Virus record (IMG/VR): IMGVR_UViG_3300023236_000004 | Length of the DNA: 64,000 nucleotides | From: an uncultured virus (IMG/VR IMGVR_UViG_3300023236_000004) | Lineage: Duplodnaviria > Heunggongvirae > Uroviricota > Caudoviricetes | Reading direction: 5' to 3' (one strand) | Shown here: positions 30,401 through 38,044 of the stretch, one piece after another | Numbering within the stretch: position 1 is the stretch's first letter | How the letters are laid out: every line of letters begins with the position of its first letter | The notes under the pieces: generated by a model | The model's input: the letters and a program-made list of their open reading frames with translations, nothing else | Told to the model about the DNA's origin: nothing | The model's database searches: none | Position numbers and translations under genes: made by a program

Positions 30401-30823
30401 AGCATCGCCAAGCAGTGTTGTTCCTGTCCAACTGCTTACCATGCCTGTGGGCCAAAGCGATCCATCGCCAACTGTGCCTAGTGCTAGATTTGCGGCAGTA
30501 TCAATCGGTGCACTCCAACTTAAATTTCCACTACCATCTGTAGTTAAAAATTGGCCATCTATTCCACCTGTGATGCTAACATTGGCATTGCTTCCAAAAG
30601 ACACAACGCCAGTGTTAGAACTAAGGGTGCTTCCTTCTACTATTATATTTGCTATTTTTACATTGCCACTGCTGTCTAATGCATAGGCAGGGGAGGAGTT
30701 GACTATGCCAACTCTGTGATTGCTTACATCTAAGTAAAGTAAGTTTGATTCAAATGCTAAATCTATACCTTGGCGGTCAAGGTTTGCATAAAGCATTGCA
30801 CCGGAAATTTTCCCAATTGCCAT
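27419..30823 (-). CDS. Large virion protein with multiple PKD/Ig-like domains
   Basis: Four PKD-like motifs (INWGDG, WTWGDG, YQFGDG, YDWGD), each followed by H(T/S)(Y/F). Confidence 0.75.
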   Translation of the reverse strand: MAIGKISGAMLYANLDRQGIDLAFESNLLYLDVSNHRVGIVNSSPAYALDSSGNVKIANIIVEGSTLSSNTGVVSFGSNANVSITGGIDGQFLTTDGSGNLSWSAPIDTAANLALGTVGDGSLWPTGMVSSWTGTTLLGDAVDDVNECMFNIMNSTAVANVAFTADTTSGGAGTAVTLTIASLGNPNRYDINWGDGTTDSNQTDSTPTHTYSTNSGSPFTVNVRAYNNGGIGTCSEMYYERDDYIIIYTADPVVTFAAYTASSGGSPITQWDDGDTVYFENTTTNTSGATVQYTWTWGDGSSNNVISSDASAGGVGGSRLAHTFSASTEQEQTRTVSLTLDSHTTATPAVIPTNDSSAFKIYDDHTPSVTLSTITGINQEATTGLPVTFTNATEITIGNYATYGIQYQYQFGDGNTHVVNTGTTNAGDTGTTIAHTYVLSGSEQANGTARDFTGNLRVLSAHSNSPFISSAFTVHVEPDVRATVSGTAVTTSDRSGDNQYDLYAFTDYNGNNRALVRVTNTSQNADNYLYDWGDSVDDSVTEDGSSAGSIAATIDHSYISASTGNYNLSFTANGTPDITAQTDTDTGITLSLNAVPSAPASLSAKSITLSDSAQGTSPKLAHGFTDNSATNPLSAGASLNTTTARRYTSGTIDTSTVDNAYNGVSGNLVAVVNGISKGNKVFSTTTGENGTFTSLVVSGQLDAHDSISASTYPTGFYQTFDAKITQALSSYSVGVNDERLEHSSTGNTNYVSVVYDDVTSVPSIISSGALAEGTGGTKRYISGIPYYNSGSPTVSLSGVQISNLTGQAYTDQSNIVEIDNATNQEGTSSAGTTNTDYTYSNIDGSVTMLSGGIPKIDIGVSSAYTIGALTVPVTASSVRTIDRVQVRARNCNGVGSYSENTTNVQVHKSAQSGISEIAIAVSDSLGAGFDDDGVRIFDFSAATTDNPSYTGSTNFYTNSLYTEASDPGVEGTKEATIRLGVLKYDVTDYSSGYLPVGPDRSSDTGTQYFTFAFRRTTMANFDINITSASIAGLWIAAPGTGIDDASGLNGWVDASITYGGSGVPGSDTGNGGNGSNGCAFTSGDRIASSTSLSGGYTMTLGSENGTNATGNVVLVRIALTSGQSVSALSVGVAS

Positions 30824-30833
30824 TTAACGTTTC

Positions 30834-31271
30834 CTACTCATAAACAGAGTCAGTGCTGTTTATATTATGCACAACAACTATTTTATTTGGGTTCACTCCC
30901 GGAGCAGGTGGTGCGCTGGTAAACGTAATTGTGGTACTACCGTTCATTGTGTAGTTAACATTTGGTTGTTGATATACTCCTCCAATTTGTACAATAACTG
31001 CGTTTGCATCTGATTCTGCTTGGCCCATGGTAAATGTTGTGCCCACTGCGTCGCCTGTGAATTCGTCTGTGGCAATTTGCACAGTGCCTACTTTGGCAAT
31101 GGTTTGCCATGCATTCTCGTACCAGAACTCAACACGCCTGTTGTCTGTGTTCCATCTAAGCAAACCATTTTCAAGTACTTCAGGTCCAATACTGTTTGAA
31201 CTGGTTGGAATTTGCAATGCAAGGGCGCTACTTCCACCCATTACTTCAATTTTTTTAACATAACGTCCCAT
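30834..31271 (-). CDS. Virion structural protein
   Basis: FTGD....TF...IVQIGGVYQQP..NY.....ITFTSAPP module also found in the fibre genes. Confidence 0.75.
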   Translation of the reverse strand: MGRYVKKIEVMGGSSALALQIPTSSNSIGPEVLENGLLRWNTDNRRVEFWYENAWQTIAKVGTVQIATDEFTGDAVGTTFTMGQAESDANAVIVQIGGVYQQPNVNYTMNGSTTITFTSAPPAPGVNPNKIVVVHNINSTDSVYE

Positions 31272-31275
31272 AGCG

Positions 31276-31593
31276 TTATAATCCTATTGTGCTTACTGTT
31301 GCTACAATTTTACTTGCTATATTTGCATTTGCTTGCAATGTGTCGTGAAAGCCCAATACAAGTTTTTCCCAATCAACTACATAAGTATCGCCTGGCGCAA
31401 TAACTTTATCCGAATACACTACGTTATTGCCATTTGCTGAAAAACCTGCTGGGCACACATGTAGGTTAAATGTAACTGGGACGGTATGTGTATTACAAAA
31501 ATACATTGTGGTAACTGCATCACCATTGGTAGCATCTGATACAGTAATATTACCTGCTACCCCACTCCCTAATAAATTGCTATGAATCGCCAT
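31276..31593 (-). CDS. Small virion structural protein
   Basis: 105 aa, beta-rich (EKLVL...D.L.A). SD AAGGA. Confidence 0.7.
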   Translation of the reverse strand: MAIHSNLLGSGVAGNITVSDATNGDAVTTMYFCNTHTVPVTFNLHVCPAGFSANGNNVVYSDKVIAPGDTYVVDWEKLVLGFHDTLQANANIASKIVATVSTIGL

Positions 31594-31605
31594 TCTTGTT
31601 TATCC

Positions 31606-32205
31606 TTACAATACTAATGAATATACTACTGAATTTCTTACTGTGCTGACCTGTCTATCAGCATCGCTTGTACTTGTTATGTAAACTCCACTTTGTCCGT
31701 TACTTGGTGTTTGTGTATAAATTACACTATGATCTGCAACTGCGACAGGGACTACACTTGTATATCTAACTGCTAAATTACTATCAAACTTAACATAGTC
31801 AGTTGATTCGCTTGAAATAGTAAATGCGGCAACGTCTAAGTTAGAACCCAATGTTGGATTTTCGTCAGCAGCCAAGGTATGTATATTTGCATAGGTTGCG
31901 CCGTCGTTTGTAATCTGCCACTTGTCGACAGTTTCGTTAAATCGAAGGGCAACTGTACTAGAACTACCTCTGTCAACTTCGATCCCGGCACTACCTAATG
32001 TAATTCCTGCACCTGATTCACCCTTATTCAATGTAATCAGATTATCAGTAACTTCCAAATCTACTTTAGAAATAGCCGTGCTGTTTCCGCCAACCTGCAA
32101 GTCACCATCTATATAAACAGTGGAACTCTGCAATGTGATATTCGCAGAAGGATTTACTTTTGTGGTTATTAAGAAATCTGTGTTTAAATTGTTGACTACG
32201 GCCAT
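31606..32205 (-). CDS. Virion/fibre-related structural protein
   Basis: DNLITLNKGESG...AGIEVDRG...LRFNE..DKW module. CATAAATA late promoter upstream. Confidence 0.75.
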   Translation of the reverse strand: MAVVNNLNTDFLITTKVNPSANITLQSSTVYIDGDLQVGGNSTAISKVDLEVTDNLITLNKGESGAGITLGSAGIEVDRGSSSTVALRFNETVDKWQITNDGATYANIHTLAADENPTLGSNLDVAAFTISSESTDYVKFDSNLAVRYTSVVPVAVADHSVIYTQTPSNGQSGVYITSTSDADRQVSTVRNSVVYSLVL

Positions 32206-32259
32206 TATCAAAGTCCTTATTCATTATATTTATGCAGATTGAAATGTTGGTGGATAAAG

Positions 32260-32280
32260 AAAAACCCGCCGAAGCGGGTT
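32260..32280 (-). terminator. Rho-independent terminator
   Basis: AACCCGC-UUCG-GCGGGUUUUU on the minus strand. Confidence 0.85.
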
Positions 32281-32323
32281 AATCAGTTAACACATAAAAC
32301 TTTACTTTATGTTTCTTTTGATA

Positions 32324-32944
32324 TTAAGACTGTTGTGTATCTATTATCACATCGTCTGCACCTGCTGCCGCAACAGTTACATCACCACCTGATGTGTAAG
32401 TAGTAAATCCACTACCGTCAACTCCAGATAATGCAAAAGTGTTAGTTGCAGTACTTGCCACTGTATAGCCGGTTTCAGTGTTAAGCTCAACCATACCAAC
32501 TACTTTACGGATTGAAATTTTAGTTCCATTTGCAAGTCCGTGACCGGCAGATGTAATAACAACTGGGTTGGCCGCTGTTGCACCTGTGATTGTTTTTTGA
32601 ACTGCACCCGATGCTGAGCCGTCGGCATCTTTTGTCCACTGTTTCCAAGTAGTACCTTCAGTGTAAACTTTTCTGTTGGTCATCTTGGTAACTTGCTGTT
32701 GGTCGCCATCGTTGTCGGTAACGTTGATGGTAAATTCACTAGCACCCAAGGCACCAATTGACTTGTTAACCAGTGTACATGTTTCTGTTTTAGCTCCGTC
32801 AGATACAACGAAACTTTTAGCTGTTCTTTGTCTTTGAATATCTGCACCGCTAAGAACTTCGCTGCCGCTTGCAAACTTAACTGCTGTAATTGCAATCTTG
32901 CCAACGCCATCGCCAATAAACTTTTTTGCTATAGGTCTTCCCAT
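32324..32944 (-). CDS. Virion protein with C-terminal E1-FCCH-like beta domain, possible head decoration (start MGRPIAK)
   Basis: ITGATAANPVVITSAGHGL.NG....I..V.GM.ELN...Y...F.L.G.D...F..YTSGG. SD AAGGAG. Confidence 0.7.
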   Translation of the reverse strand: MGRPIAKKFIGDGVGKIAITAVKFASGSEVLSGADIQRQRTAKSFVVSDGAKTETCTLVNKSIGALGASEFTINVTDNDGDQQQVTKMTNRKVYTEGTTWKQWTKDADGSASGAVQKTITGATAANPVVITSAGHGLANGTKISIRKVVGMVELNTETGYTVASTATNTFALSGVDGSGFTTYTSGGDVTVAAAGADDVIIDTQQS

Positions 32945-33067
32945 TTTGTTTCTCCTTAAATTAAGTGGCGTTCTAGGCCTACGCGGTTTGGTTCCGCATA
33001 AGAACATATAAAGATTTATATGAACAGTAGTATTTATGTAATAGTAGTCATAAAAAAGCAGCCAACT

Positions 33068-33352
33068 TCATTCACGCTCCCAGGGAGCAGGCGTGAGCAT
33101 AGTTTTGCGTAAACGGTCATTAGGCTTAGGTAGCATATCCAAGCGAGCCTGAAACTGCGCAAAGGCGTCTGGGCTGGTCGCCATGATCACCTGGTCGAGC
33201 AGAGTGTCTTCTGCAGCGAGACGAGCAGACTCCAGTATGAAGTCCGTGAGATTTTTGCCGCGTGACTTCGCCGCACGATCAATTAGATCTCGAACTTTGG
33301 GTTCTATGCGGATATTGAGCGTTTCGCACTTTACTTCTGTAGCTGTATTCAT
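33068..33352 (-). CDS. DUF1778 (TacA/AtaR-type RHH) antitoxin, orphan
   Basis: TLNIRI....RDLIDRAA...GK.LTDFILESAR.AAEDTLLDQ.......F..F...LD..P.PN.RLRK.M..PAPW. SD AAGGAGG. About 52% GC by manual count. Confidence 0.88.
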   Translation of the reverse strand: MNTATEVKCETLNIRIEPKVRDLIDRAAKSRGKNLTDFILESARLAAEDTLLDQVIMATSPDAFAQFQARLDMLPKPNDRLRKTMLTPAPWERE

Positions 33353-33389
33353 CCAAGATCCTCCTTAAATAATATGTAATAGCAGTTAT

Positions 33390-33413
33390 AAAAAAAGGGG
33401 CAGTTACACCCCT
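33390..33413 (-). terminator. Rho-independent terminator after the riboswitch-controlled peptide
   Basis: AGGGGUG-UAAC-UGCCCCU followed by a U-run. Confidence 0.75.
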
Positions 33414-33419
33414 CGAAGT

Positions 33420-33527
33420 TCACTTGTATGTGTTGTGTAATGTACGCAACAACAAAAGTTTCAACATGCATAACTTGCGATAGTCATCAAGTGCATGTAG
33501 TCTACAATATTGAGTCCACATTGTCAT
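33420..33527 (-). CDS. Unannotated 35-aa peptide MTMWTQYCRLHALDDYRKLCMLKLLLLRTLHNTYK
   Basis: Strong SD AAGGAGG upstream of the ATG. Sits between the riboswitch and a terminator. Shorter than anything in the ORF track. Confidence 0.7.
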   Translation of the reverse strand: MTMWTQYCRLHALDDYRKLCMLKLLLLRTLHNTYK

Positions 33528-33554
33528 TTTAACACCCTCCTTTTTAAAGTTAGG

Positions 33555-33606
33555 TGCGTTCCTTCGGTAACCATTACCTACTTCCGTCTCTTTCGAGATG
33601 AACGAT
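33555..33606 (-). ncRNA. glnA-type (glutamine-I) riboswitch aptamer 2
   Basis: AUCGUUCA-UCUC(GAAA)GAGA-CGGAAGUA-GGUAA(UGG)UUACC-GAAGGAACGCA: P1 CGUUC/GAACG, P2, GGAAGUA junction, P3, GAAG. Confidence 0.88.
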
Positions 33607-33611
33607 GATAA

Positions 33612-33664
33612 TGCGTTCCTTCGACTAATAATGAAGTCTACTTCCGGCCTCTCAGCTGAACGTA
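33612..33664 (-). ncRNA. glnA-type (glutamine-I) riboswitch aptamer 1
   Basis: UACGUUCA-GCU(GAGA)GGC-CGGAAGUA-GACU(8 nt)AGUC-GAAGGAACGCA. Same core as aptamer 2, with different but paired P2/P3. Confidence 0.88.
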
Positions 33665-33668
33665 TATA

Positions 33669-33699
33669 TATTTATACACTAACCGTCATATTAAGTCAA
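33669..33699 (-). promoter_or_regulatory. Composite promoter for the riboswitch unit: TTGACT-17-TATAAA (sigma70) overlapping TATAAATA (late)
   Basis: -35 at 33694..33699 and TATAAATA at 33669..33676, placing the start site at the 5' end of aptamer 1. Confidence 0.7.
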
Positions 33700-33756
33700 G
33701 TTATTTTGTTTTATATTGACAGAAAAGGTGTTGAATCAAATAGAGTTTTAAGTCAC

Positions 33757-33782
33757 AAAAAAAGGGTCTTGCGACCCCTTTT
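33757..33782 (-). terminator. Terminator after the major capsid gene
   Basis: GGGUC-GCAA-GACCC followed by a U-run on the minus strand. Confidence 0.85.
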
Positions 33783-33801
33783 CTGTTTTTGCTTGTTACT
33801 A

Positions 33802-34986
33802 TTACTGGAAAGACAAGTTAGAAACTGCGATTTCCCCGAGATAGTCGGCTGCATTACCAAACGATGATGCTGTATTGGTGAGCTCTACGTACCCGTAGCG
33901 GGTCATAAAGCCAACTACTGGCTCAAGTGTTGATGGATCCAACACAACACCACTGCTCATTAATGGAACATATGGGCAATAGAATGCGGCTGCATCTGCT
34001 TCGCTTGAACCTTTGTAACCAACTAGAACTGCCTGTGCATCGCCAGCATAGCTGTCTACATAAACTTTCATTGCGCCATTCAATGTACCAACAAACTTGG
34101 TGTTTGTAGGTGCTTCAAATGTGCCTTCAGTTGTACGTGCAAAAGCACTTGTTGTTGCGCTTTGGAGAACTGTTAAAGCGGCTGGTGAAACAACTGCCCA
34201 GTTACCTGCGCCACGACGTGTGCGTGATGCAATCAAGTTAGCTGTTCTGTTGATAAGAACTGCCAATGCGGCATGCTCATCACCAACGTAAGTAGCTGTA
34301 CCAGATACTGCTGCCTGGTTATATGTGAACTCAGTACCAGCAAGACTACGAAGTGAACCAAGAACTTCTTGATCAATTTCAACTGTAATCTCTTGTGCAA
34401 GAGCTGCCATAACTTCTGCTTCAATATCTAAGCCGTGCATTGCTTGCGCATCTTGAGCGGCTTCGAATGTCCAACGTGCTGATAGCTTACGTGTCTTAGC
34501 TTCAACAACTTGCTTTAAGATCTGGACGTTGATCTTGTTACCTGGTGTACCTTCAAGTGTACTTGTGCTGTCAGCACGACCGGTAGCAGTACTACCTGAA
34601 TATACTGTAGCAATCTTAAATGGTGATAGTGCTTCGTCACCAGCAGTAACGCTTGTATCAAATGGCGCACCTGCTGTTGATGTAGCGTTATCAGCATAAC
34701 GTACACGTAGTGTGTGAATCTGTGCAACTGGACCTGTCATAGGCTGTACACCAACAATTTCGTTAGCAATAACGGTTGGCATTACTCGTCTAATGACTGG
34801 TAAAATTACACGGTTCAATGTAGCAACGTTACCAGCGGCTGTTGAGCCAGCAGTAGCGGTCTCTTGCAAACTCTTGCGGGTGTTTTCAAGAATAACTCCC
34901 ATTGTAGTACGCTTGGAGCCATTTAGTCCTTCTAACAGGGCATCTTTTGTTTCGCCCCAACGGCTTTCTAATAGTGCTTGTGTCAT
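33802..34986 (-). CDS. gp23: Major capsid protein
   Basis: LPVIRRVMPTVIANEIVGVQPMTGP...VEAKTRKL.ARWT.EAAQD...HG.D.E.E...EID...FYCPYVPL...TRYG. Confidence 0.97.
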   Translation of the reverse strand: MTQALLESRWGETKDALLEGLNGSKRTTMGVILENTRKSLQETATAGSTAAGNVATLNRVILPVIRRVMPTVIANEIVGVQPMTGPVAQIHTLRVRYADNATSTAGAPFDTSVTAGDEALSPFKIATVYSGSTATGRADSTSTLEGTPGNKINVQILKQVVEAKTRKLSARWTFEAAQDAQAMHGLDIEAEVMAALAQEITVEIDQEVLGSLRSLAGTEFTYNQAAVSGTATYVGDEHAALAVLINRTANLIASRTRRGAGNWAVVSPAALTVLQSATTSAFARTTEGTFEAPTNTKFVGTLNGAMKVYVDSYAGDAQAVLVGYKGSSEADAAAFYCPYVPLMSSGVVLDPSTLEPVVGFMTRYGYVELTNTASSFGNAADYLGEIAVSNLSFQ

Positions 34987-35013
34987 TTCTTTTCCTTTTT
35001 CCTTTTAGGGTTA

Positions 35014-36120
35014 TTAAAGCCCTGCTAAACGCTTGATCTCAACAACATTATTATTGTCGTCTTGTGTTCTTGCGTTGGTTTGTTTAGCAGATTTATCACC
35101 AGTAACTTCAACACGGCTTTCTGTTAACACTGCTTTCGCTTCGTTAACTGTCCTGCCGTTTGCGTTTAAAACTGCCGGTAGATACTTGTCGTATGATTTC
35201 TGCAACTTAGCAGTCTGCACACTTTCGAGAAGTTCGCTCATCACTGCGGCTTTCTCTTTATTAAGTGGTTTCAACAGGTCAGCAAGTGTATCCTTGCGTT
35301 CCGCCGATTCCTTAATCATTTTAATTTCTTTATCTTTCGACTCAGCAATTGTTGCTTTTTCTTCTGCTTGTGATTTAGCTTCTGCGAGAGCTTCCTCTTT
35401 AGCAACAACAACAGCCTGCAACTTCTGGATTTCTTTGTTCTCATTTAAGTGAGTAACAGCGAATTCTGAAGCAAAGGCTTCAAAGATTTGACGACCAAAC
35501 ATGTTTTCACGTGCTTGATGGATGTCTTCTTTGAGTTGAGTCATTTCTGACTCTAGGTTTTTAGCAACTGACTCTTTAACAAGTGCCGAACTACGTGATA
35601 CGAAGTTCTGCTGTAATTCTGCTAATTTGTCTTTTGCTCCAGCAATCAAGCGGACTTTTGTTTCTACTACTGCCTGCTTGTCTTGCTCAAACTCTTGAAT
35701 CTCTTCTGCAAGTTGCTTGATAACAAACTGTTCGAGTTTAGATACACTATTCTCGTACTGCTTGCGATCTGTTCTAAGTTCTTTGATTTCTTCTGCTAAT
35801 TTTGTTACCATGAAATCATTAAATTTAGTACTGCTTTCGTTCATGTGTGTTTTAAACTTCACACGATCTTCAGCAAGTGCTTGCTTTTCTGAAGCAAATT
35901 CTTCAAGTTCTGACTGGAGACTTTCAGTTACCATTTTGTCTAGAGCTTCAACCATTACTTGTTTGTCATGTTGATAGCGGTGTGCGAATTCTTCACGAAG
36001 TTCTGCACGGGCAATTTCTTTAGCTTCGGAAAGTTTTGCTTCCCATGCTTCAGTGATTGCTTCTTGCGTATCTTCGTTAATGATACCGCTATCTATCAAT
36101 GGCTTGATAGCATCTAACAT
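35014..36120 (-). CDS. gp22: Prohead scaffold/core protein
   Basis: Coiled-coil, E/K-rich, located between the protease and capsid genes. Confidence 0.85.
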   Translation of the reverse strand: MLDAIKPLIDSGIINEDTQEAITEAWEAKLSEAKEIARAELREEFAHRYQHDKQVMVEALDKMVTESLQSELEEFASEKQALAEDRVKFKTHMNESSTKFNDFMVTKLAEEIKELRTDRKQYENSVSKLEQFVIKQLAEEIQEFEQDKQAVVETKVRLIAGAKDKLAELQQNFVSRSSALVKESVAKNLESEMTQLKEDIHQARENMFGRQIFEAFASEFAVTHLNENKEIQKLQAVVVAKEEALAEAKSQAEEKATIAESKDKEIKMIKESAERKDTLADLLKPLNKEKAAVMSELLESVQTAKLQKSYDKYLPAVLNANGRTVNEAKAVLTESRVEVTGDKSAKQTNARTQDDNNNVVEIKRLAGL

Positions 36121-36129
36121 CTAGTTCTC

Positions 36130-36771
36130 CTATTTTAACTTAAGGTCCTTGATTAAGCGTAAAACGCCTTCTTTCAGGTACTTTTGTACTCTTTGATCTT
36201 GAGTAGCTTCTTTCGCTACTTCAAATATGTTGTGTCCACCACGCATGTTCATTAACCCCTCATAAATTGGGGTTGGATAAGCATGTGGAGCACTTGGTTG
36301 TGCGACAACGTCAACAGTAATAATTTCAAAATTGTTAACGTGTCCCGAACTCTCATTAACTTCGCCGCTACCACGTGAACTAACACCCAACTTAACACCG
36401 CTAGTAATCATAGATTCAACTAGTTTTCCCATTGGTGTTGGAAGGATTTTAAGTTTACCGTGGCCGCATGGTCCGTCCATCCACATACTTTCAATCATAT
36501 GTGATACACGATCCAAGTTAATTTTTAAATCATCTGGGTGATCTACTTCGCCTAGGACGCTGTGTCCTTCTTTGATTTGTTCATTAATACTCGAAACGGC
36601 TTTTTCAATTTCGTGAAGCGGATAAACACGTTCGTTAGCGTTTTTGACGCCTCCCTCAATGAATATCCCTTTCATATAAAGATTCTTACCTTGACCAGTA
36701 TTGCTGTCTTCTGAGATGACCTCAATCTTGGCCCGGTCAAAAGTAAGATTCTCTTTTAGGTACAAAGCCAT
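36130..36771 (-). CDS. gp21: Prohead maturation protease
   Basis: GIFI....KNAN.RVYP...LGEVDHP...INLDRVSH...LGVSSRGSG...D.V..PSAP.A. Confidence 0.95.
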   Translation of the reverse strand: MALYLKENLTFDRAKIEVISEDSNTGQGKNLYMKGIFIEGGVKNANERVYPLHEIEKAVSSINEQIKEGHSVLGEVDHPDDLKINLDRVSHMIESMWMDGPCGHGKLKILPTPMGKLVESMITSGVKLGVSSRGSGEVNESSGHVNNFEIITVDVVAQPSAPHAYPTPIYEGLMNMRGGHNIFEVAKEATQDQRVQKYLKEGVLRLIKDLKLK

Positions 36772-36785
36772 ATTATTGTCCTAGT

Positions 36786-37709
36786 TTACTTGTCACCTTC
36801 GACAGCCTTGGTGTTAACGCCTGCCTCTTCGGTATTTTTAGCACCTGTTGCTTTGCTAAGATTTGCTTTGGCGCCTGGAACGTTTTGGTAGTTACCAGCA
36901 TGTGGCATTTTATCTACTTTACCTTCCTTAGGTGCGCTTGTTCCGTCTGGGTTACTGTCTCCGCCTGCGTCAAAGTCAACTGCCGTACCACCCATGTCAT
37001 TTGATCCTGCAACTGGTGATACTGCTTTGTTATCTTCGCCTGCTGGCATTGCAACTTTTTCAACGTACTCACGCATAAGATCAACTGCTGACTTAGAGTA
37101 TTTTGCTTTTGGCTTTGTTGATTCTGCAACTTCCTCTGCATCCTCAACTACTTCTTCGTCTTCTTCCATTTTCTTTTTTCTGTGTGCAGGCGTGCAATGT
37201 GCTTCGTCGACTTCGTCTTCTTCCATTTTCTTGTATTTCTTATCGCCTTCATACATTTCTAACTCGTCAGCTTCGGAATCACTAGCGCCCATGTCCATGT
37301 CCATGTCCATTTCCATATCGCTATGTGCTGGCTCGTCCATCTCATCTGCCATCAATGCATCAAATTCTGCTTTGAGCTCGTCTAACTCTTTTTCAAGATC
37401 CATAACTTTATCTTCAAGATCTTCTTCACCGCCTTCTTCAGCGTCGACTTCGTCGTCACCGCTCATCATTTCCTCTTCAGCGTCCATGTCCATGTCGCCT
37501 TCAGGAATGCCGTCGGTTTCGTCGGCTTGTATTTCGTCTACCAAGTCTTCGACTTCGTTTCCACCAATTGTTTCATCAACGGTTTCTTCGTCCATCAAAG
37601 TCTCATAAATGTCTCGTGATTTTTCAACAACGATATCATGAAATAAAGCCTTGGCTTTGTCTTCATCTTCGTTGATGATATATTCTATAAGCTGTTCATA
37701 TTTGTTCAT
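36786..37709 (-). CDS. Acidic prohead core protein (gp67/68-like position)
   Basis: Very D/E-rich 307-aa ORF upstream of gp21. TTAAATA promoter and SD AAGGAG. Confidence 0.7.
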   Translation of the reverse strand: MNKYEQLIEYIINEDEDKAKALFHDIVVEKSRDIYETLMDEETVDETIGGNEVEDLVDEIQADETDGIPEGDMDMDAEEEMMSGDDEVDAEEGGEEDLEDKVMDLEKELDELKAEFDALMADEMDEPAHSDMEMDMDMDMGASDSEADELEMYEGDKKYKKMEEDEVDEAHCTPAHRKKKMEEDEEVVEDAEEVAESTKPKAKYSKSAVDLMREYVEKVAMPAGEDNKAVSPVAGSNDMGGTAVDFDAGGDSNPDGTSAPKEGKVDKMPHAGNYQNVPGAKANLSKATGAKNTEEAGVNTKAVEGDK

Positions 37710-37800
37710 AGTGACTCCTTAATTTAATATGGCTGTTGAGTATTTAACAAATATAGGTATATTACTAGTTAAATAGGTGTTTTTTGAAGTGATTTGTGGG

Positions 37801-38031
37801 CTATAAGCCGATACCACCAGCTTCTACAGGTGGTTTGTACTGTGTTGACACACGAGTCAGTTTCTTTTCGTGTTCAATTTTACGCACATCGTTACTCATG
37901 CGTAGTCTATTTAGATCGCTGAGGGAAAGGCGTGAACCTTTGCGCATGTCACTCAAATGCATAGTAGAGTTGTCATCGCCTGGCGAATAGTAACCTTTTT
38001 CGGTCTTTTGGTATAGTTCAGCTAAAAACAT
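37801..38031 (-). CDS. Small head-module protein
   Basis: 76 aa (R..RL.L.DLNRLR). TATAAATA 5 nt upstream of the ATG. Confidence 0.7.
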   Translation of the reverse strand: MFLAELYQKTEKGYYSPGDDNSTMHLSDMRKGSRLSLSDLNRLRMSNDVRKIEHEKKLTRVSTQYKPPVEAGGIGL

Positions 38032-38044
38032 ATTATTATTTATA

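Noticed and set aside
33555..33664. Repeat-spacer-like pattern as a mini CRISPR or TIGR array
   Set aside because: Only two units, the variable parts are self-complementary stems, and the constant parts match the glnA aptamer. No cas or Nop-domain gene is present.
33598..33867. 89-aa plus-strand ORF
   Set aside because: Antisense to the riboswitch, promoter, terminator and the end of gp23; no SD.
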